From NCBI GenBank assembly GCA_963675515.1, contig OY776328.1, forward strand, positions 1,470,001-1,502,000: a stretch of DNA of 32,000 nt, written 5' to 3'. Origin of the DNA: Coprobacillaceae bacterium. GTDB taxonomy: Bacteria > Bacillota_I > Bacilli_A > Erysipelotrichales > Coprobacillaceae. The position numbers and the translations under genes were made by a program. Shown piece by piece: positions 18,317-26,360 of the stretch; the first letter of the stretch is position 1; each line of letters opens with the position of its first letter. The notes under the pieces are model-generated. The model was given only the letters and a program-made list of their open reading frames with translations. It ran no database searches and was not told where the DNA came from.

Positions 18317-19325
18317 TATCATATCCCTGTTAATGACCACTGCGTTTTCTTTGACCTGCGCCTTGATGGACTTGAAAGACGGCATTGTCAGGAATGCTGT
18401 CTTCAAGTATCTTGGGATTACTTTGGCGATGGTCAACCTGATGTTGGTCTATCTGAGTGTTGGGCCCGATTGGAAACGTTATGGGCTGTTCCTGGCGGTT
18501 GGAGTCATTATCTCGCTTATATTGTTCTACACGCATATCTGGGCCGGGGCGGATTGCAAGTTCTATGCGATAGTTGTTTTGTTGTTGCCTTGGCCCGTGG
18601 TCGTAGGCCAGGTATATGGCTTAAGCAATATTGTCGTCATTGTGATCCTGGCATTCTTGTATGGATATATGTACATATTGGGCGAGTCAATCTGGCAGTA
18701 CGCCAATAACAGGAAAGACCTGTTGGTTTGGCAAACTGTCAAATCGGATTTTGGCCACTATTTTAAGACGTATTTCTTGATTGTCCTGGCAAATGAAGTT
18801 ATCAATTCGCTGACTTCACTGTTTTTCCAGGTGACGATAAGCAATATCCTGCTGGTTGTTATCGATTATGCTCTTGTTGTTTGGGCGAACAAGTGGCGCT
18901 TGCTTGAAAACAAAATGATCGTGGCGACAATCATTATTGGCAACATTGCAATGCAGCTTTCGGGACTGATAAGCATATTGACCTTAATCAATCTCATGAT
19001 CTGGGCTGTGGTGATCTTGGCTCTGGTACTCAAGAATTTTGCAAGAAGTTTCAACTATAGGCAAATCGACCTTGGCGCTTTGGAAAAAGGGATGATCCTT
19101 TCAACCATGTCTTCAATCCAACTGGCAAGAAAAAGGTACTCGCGCTTCAAGAAGATTTCCGATGAATCATTGAACTCCCGTCTTGATGAACAGGACATTT
19201 TAGTTTTGCACCAGCTGGCATCTTCTTTAAAAACGCCTCAGGAGGTCTGTATTGTCAAGAAAATACCGTTCATCCTTTTCATTTATCTTGGCATCGCTTC
19301 TATCCTGATCATGGGGGCACTTTAA
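18306..19325 (+). CDS. Peptidase A24 (prepilin/preflagellin peptidase)-like polytopic membrane protein with a large internal or C-terminal expansion
   Basis: Candidate catalytic Asp motifs ALMDLKDGIVRN and IWAGADCKFYAIV (GxGDxK-like). C-terminal KKIPFILFIYLG resembles the IPFGP motif. About 339 aa versus about 160-250 for minimal A24 enzymes. The ATG at 18306 overlaps the upstream stop. Confidence 0.6.
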   Translation: MNIDIISLLMTTAFSLTCALMDLKDGIVRNAVFKYLGITLAMVNLMLVYLSVGPDWKRYGLFLAVGVIISLILFYTHIWAGADCKFYAIVVLLLPWPVVVGQVYGLSNIVVIVILAFLYGYMYILGESIWQYANNRKDLLVWQTVKSDFGHYFKTYFLIVLANEVINSLTSLFFQVTISNILLVVIDYALVVWANKWRLLENKMIVATIIIGNIAMQLSGLISILTLINLMIWAVVILALVLKNFARSFNYRQIDLGALEKGMILSTMSSIQLARKRYSRFKKISDESLNSRLDEQDILVLHQLASSLKTPQEVCIVKKIPFILFIYLGIASILIMGAL

Positions 19326-19326
19326 G

Positions 19327-20427
19327 ATGCTAAAAGTAAGTAATTATTTATATGGTACCCGGATGGCTTCGGTGGCCAAAAGCGAAGCGGTATTGAAGCG
19401 AATGATCGATTTGAATTATGATGTGTGCTATGTGGAGCGATCAAGTCTATGTTTTTATCCTGATGGCCTGAGGGTTCCGCTTGTTGATGATGAATATGAT
19501 GCGTTCCATGATCTTCCCGACTACAGCATCCTGGAATTCCGGGAAGGCAGGGCATATCTAAGCCATGATGCGAGTTCGCTCGACAACGCGATCTTCATAA
19601 CCAATCGGTGCAATTCCAACTGCATCATGTGTCCCACAAGCAATCATGTGCGTCGGCAAAGCGAGATTGCCGACATTGCCAATTTGCTCAAGTTGTGCCA
19701 CCAGATTCCCAGTGATGCTGCCCATCTGACGATCACCGGGGGCGAGCCTTTCCTATTGAAAGATGACCTTTTTGTCCTGCTGCAATACCTCAAGATCCAT
19801 AAGGGCAATATTGAATATCTCCTGCTGAGTAATGGTCGGGCTTTGGGGGATTACAATTATTTCACGAGATTCAAGGCCACTGTTCCGGAACATCTGCTGA
19901 TTGGCATCCCGTTGCACGGTTATGATGCAGCGACCCATGATCGTATAACCCGCAGCTCGGGCAGCATCAACCAGACTTATCAGGGTCTGAAATACCTGGC
20001 TTCGACTTGCATCAAGGTGGAATTGCGGATAGTAGTCAGTCGATTGAACATCGATTATATCGATGCCATCGCCAATCTGGTAATCAGGGAATTGGCTCAT
20101 GTCCAGGTCGTAACCTTCATCGGTTTGGAAATGCTGGGGAATGCCCGTCTAAACTTCGACCAGGTCTGGGTTGATTACCGCAGCTCCTTTGAAGCAATCA
20201 CAGGAGCCATCGACAACTTGATCGCTTCAGGCATCAATGTCGTTATCTACAATTATCCCTTGTGTTGCGTCCCGGAAAAGTATTGGTCGATTTGCCATCG
20301 CAGCATTTCGCCCGAGAAGGTGCGCCACTTGGATGAATGTCTCACATGCACTAAAAAGGACTACTGCGGAGGGATGTTTATGGGAACCTACAGACTGATG
20401 GAAGGAAAGGTAAAGGCAATAAGATGA
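19327..20427 (+). CDS. hxsC: Radical SAM protein, HxsC-type maturase
   Basis: ITNRCNSNCIMCP (CxxxCxxC), ITGGEPF, and a C-terminal Cys cluster CCVPEKYWSIC...CLTCTKKDYCGG. There is a 95-aa N-terminal extension before the cluster. The start lies 1 nt after the upstream stop. The C-versus-B assignment follows gene order and size, from memory. Confidence 0.75.
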   Translation: MLKVSNYLYGTRMASVAKSEAVLKRMIDLNYDVCYVERSSLCFYPDGLRVPLVDDEYDAFHDLPDYSILEFREGRAYLSHDASSLDNAIFITNRCNSNCIMCPTSNHVRRQSEIADIANLLKLCHQIPSDAAHLTITGGEPFLLKDDLFVLLQYLKIHKGNIEYLLLSNGRALGDYNYFTRFKATVPEHLLIGIPLHGYDAATHDRITRSSGSINQTYQGLKYLASTCIKVELRIVVSRLNIDYIDAIANLVIRELAHVQVVTFIGLEMLGNARLNFDQVWVDYRSSFEAITGAIDNLIASGINVVIYNYPLCCVPEKYWSICHRSISPEKVRHLDECLTCTKKDYCGGMFMGTYRLMEGKVKAIR

Positions 20428-21809
20428 TCGCACCATTCAATTTCAAGCAATTTGGCAACAAGATAATCATGACCAATGACCTGGGCCGTTATATGTTTGT
20501 CGAAAAGAAAGAATTCCAGGACTTGCTAAATGACAGGATGGATACCGGATCACAGTTGTACCGGGAACTTGAAGACAACTTCTTCGTATTCAACAGCTCC
20601 ATGGAGTATTTTGTGGAACGGATGAAACCCGAGCTGCGGACTGCCAAGAGCTATCTGTTTACAGCCACCAGCCTCCATATCTTTGTAGTCACCAACTACT
20701 GCAACTCCAATTGCGTCTATTGCCAGGCCAACAGCAATTGTTCCAATTCCAAGAAGGTTATGGACAGGGACATCGCCCGCAAGGCCGTTGACTTCGCCCT
20801 GCAGTCGCCTCAAAAACAGCTTACCTTTGAATTCCAGGGTGGGGAACCCTTAAGCAATTTCCCCATCATCAAGGAGATAGTGGAATATGCTTCCTCAAGG
20901 AAAAAAGACAAAGTCATCGCTTATACGATAGTATCCAACTTGTCGCTGCTCAATCAGGAGATGGTTGATTTTTTCAAGGAACATTGCATCTCGATTTCCA
21001 CCTCCCTGGACGGTCAGGCGGAGCTTCACAATCAAAACCGTCCCCTGGCTAACGGTGATGATTCTTTCGCCATCCAGAAAATGGCAATGGCCAGGCTCAA
21101 AGCCAACAAGATCGGTTATGGGGCCATCCAGACAACGACCCGGACAAGTCTTAAGTATGCCCGGGAGATAGTCGACCAGTATCTGGAGTTTGGTCTTTCC
21201 AATCTGTTTGTCCGGCCACTCACCCCGCTTGGCTGTGCTGCTTCAAGCTGGGATGATATCGGTTATACCGTTAAAGAATTCATTGATTTTTACAAGGACA
21301 CCATGCTGTATATTTTAAAATTGAATCAGCAGGGGACAATCATCAAGGAAGGACATGCCAGCATATTCCTGCAAAAGATAATCAACGGCTACGGTGTCAA
21401 CTACATGGAACTTCGTTCCCCTTGTGGGGCGGGTATCGGGCAGTTGGCATATTATTATGACGGCAACATCTTCACCTGCGATGAGGGCAGGATGCTCCAT
21501 GAAATGCATGACAGTTCGTTCAAGTTGGGAAATGTGGCGGATATGGATTATGACAGTCTGATGAATTCGAAATTATGCAAGACAGTCTGCAAGCACAGCA
21601 TCATCGAAAGCATTCCCAAATGCGCTGATTGTGTCTATATGCCATATTGCGGCACTTGCCCGGTAGTCAATTATGCCCTGGAGGGCGATATTATCCCCAA
21701 GTCGGTTGCCAATTACCGTTGCGAACTGTATGGCGGGATGCTCGAGACGATATTCGAACTGATCCAAAACGAAGACTACCTGAACATATTCAAGGAATGG
21801 GTGAAATGA
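20424..21809 (+). CDS. hxsB: Radical SAM/SPASM-domain protein, HxsB-type maturase
   Basis: VTNYCNSNCVYCQA, FQGGEPL, and a SPASM-like C-terminus (SPCGAG...DGNIFTC ... CADCVYMPYCGTCPV). ATGA overlap with hxsC at 20424-20427. Confidence 0.8.
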   Translation: MIAPFNFKQFGNKIIMTNDLGRYMFVEKKEFQDLLNDRMDTGSQLYRELEDNFFVFNSSMEYFVERMKPELRTAKSYLFTATSLHIFVVTNYCNSNCVYCQANSNCSNSKKVMDRDIARKAVDFALQSPQKQLTFEFQGGEPLSNFPIIKEIVEYASSRKKDKVIAYTIVSNLSLLNQEMVDFFKEHCISISTSLDGQAELHNQNRPLANGDDSFAIQKMAMARLKANKIGYGAIQTTTRTSLKYAREIVDQYLEFGLSNLFVRPLTPLGCAASSWDDIGYTVKEFIDFYKDTMLYILKLNQQGTIIKEGHASIFLQKIINGYGVNYMELRSPCGAGIGQLAYYYDGNIFTCDEGRMLHEMHDSSFKLGNVADMDYDSLMNSKLCKTVCKHSIIESIPKCADCVYMPYCGTCPVVNYALEGDIIPKSVANYRCELYGGMLETIFELIQNEDYLNIFKEWVK

Positions 21810-22744
21810 TGAACAAGATAAAAAAGATATTATCAAAAAAACTGTTAATAATTACTGTAATATTGTTTTCATTTGCCGGCATCGCAGTTGCGTATGGCGA
21901 AGACGAGTATGGCATCATCGAGAATTTCGACCTCTACCGGGAAAACTACGAGACTGGCCAACTCGAGACGGTGAATGGTATCTATTATGGCTCTATTGCC
22001 GAATTGAAGAGCGTTTCACATAGTGGCGAGTTTACCTTTGATGTGGGCGACAGCTATTCCGGCGAGTGGGACAATAAAACAATCGAAGGCTGGGGGACAT
22101 ACTCGTATGAAACCTTGGGTAGCTACACTGGTTATTTTGAAAACAATCTTCGAAGCGGCGAGGGTACCTTCAAATGGAGTGACGGGGGTGAGTATGTCGG
22201 CTACTGGGAGCTCGATAGATTATCCGGTACGGGGACTTACACTGCTCCCGAAAACTATGTCTTGAAGGGAACATTCAGTGGAAATAAATTTATCGCGGGA
22301 ACTGTCAAGACAACAATCGATGACACAGCCTATACTTATTATCTGGAAGACGGTACTTTTATCAATGCGATCGACATTGACTACTCCAACGGAAGCAATT
22401 ATCATGGCGACTATAAAGACGGTAAAATAAACGGTACGGGCATCATGAATTACAGCAACGGTGACCAATATAGTGGCCAATTCGGTTCCGGTCTGCGTGC
22501 AGTGATCGGAACGTACACCTGGAAAAACGGAGCCACGTACTCAGGAGATTGGAGCAACGACAAGATGAACGGCAAAGGCGTCTATACCTATCCCACAAAT
22601 GCCGCCGGAAAGTCGGTGTCTGGCAACTTCGTCAACAACAATATTACCGGAAGCAGCACTTACATCGACGATGATGGAAAAAAATTCGAAGTAATCTGGA
22701 GTAATGGCGTTTGCAAGCAGGTGAAAGGAGCAACCAATGATTGA
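21806..22744 (+). CDS. Secreted or anchored MORN-repeat protein
   Basis: Sec-type N-terminus MMNKIKKILSKKLLIITVILFSFAGIAVA/YG. At least 6 MORN-like units (YSGEWDNKTIEGWGTYSY, YTGYFENNLRSGEGTFKW, YVGYWELDRLSGTGTYT, YHGDYKDGKINGTGIMNY, YSGQFGSGLRAVIGTYTW, YSGDWSNDKMNGKGVYTY). ATGA overlap with hxsB at 21806-21809. The ORF-track start at 21629 is an upstream read-through. Confidence 0.85.
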   Translation: MMNKIKKILSKKLLIITVILFSFAGIAVAYGEDEYGIIENFDLYRENYETGQLETVNGIYYGSIAELKSVSHSGEFTFDVGDSYSGEWDNKTIEGWGTYSYETLGSYTGYFENNLRSGEGTFKWSDGGEYVGYWELDRLSGTGTYTAPENYVLKGTFSGNKFIAGTVKTTIDDTAYTYYLEDGTFINAIDIDYSNGSNYHGDYKDGKINGTGIMNYSNGDQYSGQFGSGLRAVIGTYTWKNGATYSGDWSNDKMNGKGVYTYPTNAAGKSVSGNFVNNNITGSSTYIDDDGKKFEVIWSNGVCKQVKGATND

Positions 22745-23273
22745 TAATTTTCCAACCATAAAAAAATCAATTGAGGATTTGATCAACGATGAAGAGGGTA
22801 ATATCCCAAGAGGCAAACTGATTACCATCGGTTCGACCCTGATGCTCATGGGGATGATCATGGGAATTGATGTCTATGCGACCCACGGTTCGCATAAGTC
22901 GCACTCGTCCCATTCATCTACCTCATATGTAAGATCGCATTCATCTACCTCATATGTAAGATCGCATTCATCGCACGGATCCCACACGTCACATGCTTCG
23001 CATGCAAGCAGCCAGACATCGGATGCTAGTACCCATGCGTCTCATTCCAATACTCACTCATCAGCACCGGCTCATGTAAATTCTAATACTACCCCAACCC
23101 ATATAAGCAATGCCGGTGGAAGTGTACCAGGGACCAGTGAGATCCCTGCACTTCAAACTCCGGTTCCTGATAATTTCGGTACGAATATACCAAACATTTC
23201 AACAGCGGTATCGTTCGAATTGGAAGTGGGGAAAACAATTGTTCCGGATTTCAAATTGGATAATGGCAAGTAA
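22737..23273 (+). CDS. hxsA: His-Xaa-Ser repeat protein (HxsA-type putative substrate)
   Basis: THGSHKSHSSHSSTSYVRSHSSTSYVRSHSSHGSHTSHASHAS...THASHSNTHSS contains about 12 H-x-S triplets. There is no Cys in the whole 178 aa. A hydrophilic 27-aa N-terminus precedes one hydrophobic segment. There is an 8-nt overlap with the MORN gene. Confidence 0.85.
   Translation: MIDNFPTIKKSIEDLINDEEGNIPRGKLITIGSTLMLMGMIMGIDVYATHGSHKSHSSHSSTSYVRSHSSTSYVRSHSSHGSHTSHASHASSQTSDASTHASHSNTHSSAPAHVNSNTTPTHISNAGGSVPGTSEIPALQTPVPDNFGTNIPNISTAVSFELEVGKTIVPDFKLDNGK
22911..22972 (+). repeat. Perfect 27-bp tandem duplication (2.3 copies) inside hxsA
   Basis: cattcatctacctcatatgtaagatcg occurs at 22911-22937 and 22938-22964, then cattcatc. 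It encodes HSSTSYVRS twice. Confidence 0.95.
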
Positions 23274-23558
23274 TCAAATAAGGATCGGCTACAAAATAGC
23301 ATCAAAGTTTATCCCTGAATCCAGCGCGATAATTGTGATTGGCAGCGCCTAAAAAAAGGGTTTTTAGAGCTGTTTACGGATATATATGTTTATCGTACGC
23401 ACCGATATTGAAGCGGTAAATGATTGTCCCATGGTTAAAACTGGTTTGGTAATAGGAATATTATGTTGGGGCATCAATAATATGTATTTCTGATATACAC
23501 TTTGGAGTATTTAGCAAGATAAAAAAGATCTACAGTTATAGTTAAAAAAGTATATATA

Positions 23559-23567
23559 TGTTATAAT
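23559..23567 (+). promoter_or_regulatory. Extended -10 promoter (TGtTATAAT) in the AT-rich spacer
   Basis: TG at 23559-23560 and TATAAT at 23562-23567. The -35 is weak (TAGTTA at 17-nt spacing). Confidence 0.4.
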
Positions 23568-23660
23568 ATTGATTATATTTATTGATTATCCTACGAAGTG
23601 TAATACAAGATTACTTTGTATGAATAAGATAAGAAGGGGAGATTGTTATCGTGCTCAATG

Positions 23661-23699
23661 GAGTCAACTTAAGAAATTCCTTAAGTCGGCTCTTTTTTT
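23661..23699 (+). terminator. Rho-independent terminator
   Basis: gagtcaacttaag-aaattc-cttaagtcggctc forms a 13-bp stem with one mismatch and one G-U pair, followed by 7 T (23693-23699). Confidence 0.7.
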
Positions 23700-23942
23700 G
23701 ATGTTTTTGACAACTGTTCGATATTTGATTTGAATTTGTAGTTAAGATTATAAGTAATATTTGCTGATATTTAGCCATTATAGTGATATAATGTAGTTAA
23801 GAAAAGAGGCGATATTGTAGCTAGTCACATTATTTGGACACCGGTTCTTCAAATTATTTGAAGCTGATTTGTATCTTATTTTAGATGTTCTTCGAATTAT
23901 TTGGTGGGGATATTCGCTTTATTTGAATAATGATGTTTATGA

Positions 23943-23970
23943 AAAATAATCGCCGCTAGGCGATTATTTT
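23943..23970 (-). terminator. Perfect 12-bp hairpin overlapping the stop codon of the last transposon gene (potentially bidirectional)
   Basis: aaaataatcgcc-gcta-ggcgattatttt. A/T tracts flank it on both sides, and the minus-strand TAG stop lies in the loop. Confidence 0.55.
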
Positions 23971-24264
23971 CTTTTCCCATAATATCTTGATTGCTTGAGA
24001 GATCGCCTCGCTGGTAATCTGATCAGTTTCCCTTAACAGGTTGGAGCGATTCCAAAACACATCGTTGAAATACGACAATTCCAATCCTATTTTCATTAAC
24101 GGAACGCAAATCCAGTTTGTCAGTCTTGATTTCCCAATCAGTACGTTTACATGATTCCCATTGTATTTCAATGAAAACTCACACTGGCTATCGGTGATAC
24201 TGATTAACTCAAGATTATTCTGCCAGACAATTCCATCATATTCGCATTTAAATGAGATCATCAT
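23956..24264 (-). CDS. Hypothetical protein (102 aa), last gene of the transposon operon
   Basis: 4-nt overlap with the ATPase gene stop. No recognisable motif. Confidence 0.45.
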   Translation of the reverse strand: MMISFKCEYDGIVWQNNLELISITDSQCEFSLKYNGNHVNVLIGKSRLTNWICVPLMKIGLELSYFNDVFWNRSNLLRETDQITSEAISQAIKILWEKKIIA

Positions 24265-25064
24265 ATATTGACCTCGTTAATTGTCTGCAGCGCAATATCG
24301 CTATCGATAACTTCGACACCTTTTATTGCACCGATAAACATCGCCCGGTCACATATCCTGTCGATTTCTCGGCACACACCGTTGGCGCCATTGATTATTG
24401 CTTCCAATGCGTTGTTGTCGAATACTTCCTGGATTGTCTTGGCCAGGAGCAACTTGTCCTTGATGTATGCATGTCCTTCCAGCTTATCTAATTGACCGAT
24501 ACTGTAGTTGACAATGATTCTTTGCGTTAATGAGTCATGAGCCCCAAACCGTAAATGTCGAATTATCGAAGGTAGACCAACCATCAAAATTACCGCATGG
24601 TTCTTGGAATCCATATCGAAGTTAAATATCATCTTTAAATCATTGAGTATCGCCGTACTCATATGGTTACACTCATCAAAGATGAATACCGGAGTGATCC
24701 GCTTTTCATAAACCAATTGGTAAATGGCGGTCTGGATATCCTTGAACAAGTCGTTTTTCCGATATCGAGGAATCAAATCAAGGGAATCCGCTAGTTGCAT
24801 ATAGAACTCCTTGACCGATAAAGTCGACATGGACAGGTAAATTATCTTGTAAGTGACCTTGGGCAGGTTGCTTACGTAGTTCCTGATCATGGTTGTCTTG
24901 CCACGTCCTGGTTCCCCAAGAATCATCCCGAATCCCTTTATTTCAAACAAACTGTCGAGCCTTATTTTCAGCTCTTTGTATTCCTTCGTTTCGATAAAAT
25001 TATTCTTATTGTTTTTAATGAATGGGTTGAACTCTAACCCATATCTGGTCCAGTATTTTTCCAT
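24261..25064 (-). CDS. AAA+ ATPase, TniB/ExeA/Tn552-p271-like transposition helper
   Basis: YWTRYGLEFNPF (ExeA-like N-terminus), Walker A GEPGRGKTT, Walker B PVFIFDECNHM. 267 aa, abutting the transposase gene with no gap. Confidence 0.85.
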   Translation of the reverse strand: MEKYWTRYGLEFNPFIKNNKNNFIETKEYKELKIRLDSLFEIKGFGMILGEPGRGKTTMIRNYVSNLPKVTYKIIYLSMSTLSVKEFYMQLADSLDLIPRYRKNDLFKDIQTAIYQLVYEKRITPVFIFDECNHMSTAILNDLKMIFNFDMDSKNHAVILMVGLPSIIRHLRFGAHDSLTQRIIVNYSIGQLDKLEGHAYIKDKLLLAKTIQEVFDNNALEAIINGANGVCREIDRICDRAMFIGAIKGVEVIDSDIALQTINEVNI

Positions 25065-26312
25065 CTAATCTTCTCCTGCGCATAACTTTGGTTTCACTCT
25101 AACTGCTGTTGCATTCGCATGTTTATCCAATAATTTGATTGGTTCTAATTCTCCTGTGTGTTTATTAACTACATAAACCTGGGACAAATCTGGAGCATAT
25201 CTAAAAACATGGCGCTCATTTGAATATATGTACTCAATTTCGTATTCTTTGTTTTCAATCTTGACCACCGAATCCACACTGACCTTTCTTTCCACTTCAA
25301 ACAGGAAGGTGTTATCGATGGACTCGTCGTTCAATCGCTTGATCAGGTTGCTTTCATGATAGAACCTTTCGCTAGGGGTCAAGCCATTCAGTGAAGAATG
25401 GACCCTTGTATTGTATTTGTGAATAAATTTGTTTAGATCGGTATTCAATTTCTCTAAATCATTGGTATAGTCAATCACATTTAATTGAGCAAAAAACTGT
25501 TTTTTTACAGTTGAGAAAAAGCGCTCAATCTTCGCCTTTCCAGTTGGTTCGAACGCTTTACAATAGCTAATTGTAGAATTTATTCTTGCGGCAGTCATCT
25601 GAATCTGGGAACTCTTATAGTTCGAACCATTATCAAACCGGAACATTTCTGGGACACCATACTTGGTAACTGCGCTTTTCATGGCATCCATTAGATTCAC
25701 CGTATTATCATTAAGATATATCCCCATATGGACTATCATTCTTGAAGCATCGTCAATCAAGGCAATCATATATGTCCGGCGCTTTTTACCGTTGATGTAA
25801 ATATATGGCCCAACTGAACTGTCGCCAGCCCACATCGAATTGATATGGCGGGCTTCATAACGCCTCATGTCCTTCTTGTTTGAAATACGCAGCTCAGCTT
25901 TGATTTCATTAACACAACGGTTGACTGTCGATAGGGAAACATCAGTCTTCTTTATTAATCCATCTTCAATCAGTTTTTCATAGATTACAGTTGCCGGCAA
26001 CCTAGGATAGGTTGTCTTATAGTGCTTTATGACCTCAATGACGTCGTCATCGAGTCTTCGCGATCTCCCGGCATCACTTCTCCCTTGTGGAATCAGGCCA
26101 TCAAATCCTTTAGTCTCATAAGCCTTGATCCATCTTCGGATGGTTGTATCGGACACGGTGAAATCACTACTGTCAAAATCCTTATAAATCTTTTTGGTTG
26201 CCTGCTCGATAGCCTGGGATTTTGTCCAAGATTGATCATAATTTCCGGTTATTATGTCATGAATTATCCTATGGCGCAATAAAGTAACAAATTCCTGTTC
26301 TTTTCTATTCAT
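25065..26312 (-). CDS. DDE transposase (rve/Mu-transposase-like; TnsB/TniA/Tn552-p480 class)
   Basis: Triad context WAGDSS, FDNGSNY and GKAKIERFF, with an N-terminal HTH region. The ORF opens at 26354, but GGGAGG plus 6 nt favours the ATG at 26312 (MNRKEQEF). Confidence 0.85.
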   Translation of the reverse strand: MNRKEQEFVTLLRHRIIHDIITGNYDQSWTKSQAIEQATKKIYKDFDSSDFTVSDTTIRRWIKAYETKGFDGLIPQGRSDAGRSRRLDDDVIEVIKHYKTTYPRLPATVIYEKLIEDGLIKKTDVSLSTVNRCVNEIKAELRISNKKDMRRYEARHINSMWAGDSSVGPYIYINGKKRRTYMIALIDDASRMIVHMGIYLNDNTVNLMDAMKSAVTKYGVPEMFRFDNGSNYKSSQIQMTAARINSTISYCKAFEPTGKAKIERFFSTVKKQFFAQLNVIDYTNDLEKLNTDLNKFIHKYNTRVHSSLNGLTPSERFYHESNLIKRLNDESIDNTFLFEVERKVSVDSVVKIENKEYEIEYIYSNERHVFRYAPDLSQVYVVNKHTGELEPIKLLDKHANATAVRVKPKLCAGED

Positions 26313-26360
26313 ATTGTTCCTCCCATCAGTACTATATAGGAGTTGATTGAACAAGTTAAC

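Noticed and set aside
19753-20100. 115-aa minus-strand ORF inside hxsC (and similar ORFs at 20550-20813, 21315-21509, 21573-21836, 22220-22480 and 22541-22861)
   Set aside because: All are antisense to tightly coupled plus-strand genes with clear motifs. They are shadow ORFs.
21629-21805. Upstream extension of the MORN ORF (track start at 21629), overlapping hxsB by 180 nt
   Set aside because: The extension has no signal-peptide logic. The ATG at 21806 follows AAGGAA at proper spacing, shares ATGA with the hxsB stop and yields a canonical Sec leader.
20424-21809. Interpreting the SPASM radical SAM protein as an anaerobic sulfatase-maturating enzyme
   Set aside because: There is no sulfatase gene and no C/S-x-P/A-x-R target motif in the window. 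Tight coupling to a second radical SAM gene and to the His-Xaa-Ser protein fits the Hxs context better. Ser-directed oxidation remains a mechanistic possibility only.
22737-23273. Sactipeptide/ranthipeptide-type (thioether) RiPP precursor, or a mere low-complexity artefact
   Set aside because: The protein has no Cys, so thioether crosslinks are impossible. The ORF is translationally coupled, has an organised N-terminus and a non-repetitive C-terminal domain, so it is a real gene.
23110-23352. 80-aa plus-strand ORF overlapping the 3' end of hxsA
   Set aside because: It is an alternative frame of hxsA with no SD and no motif.
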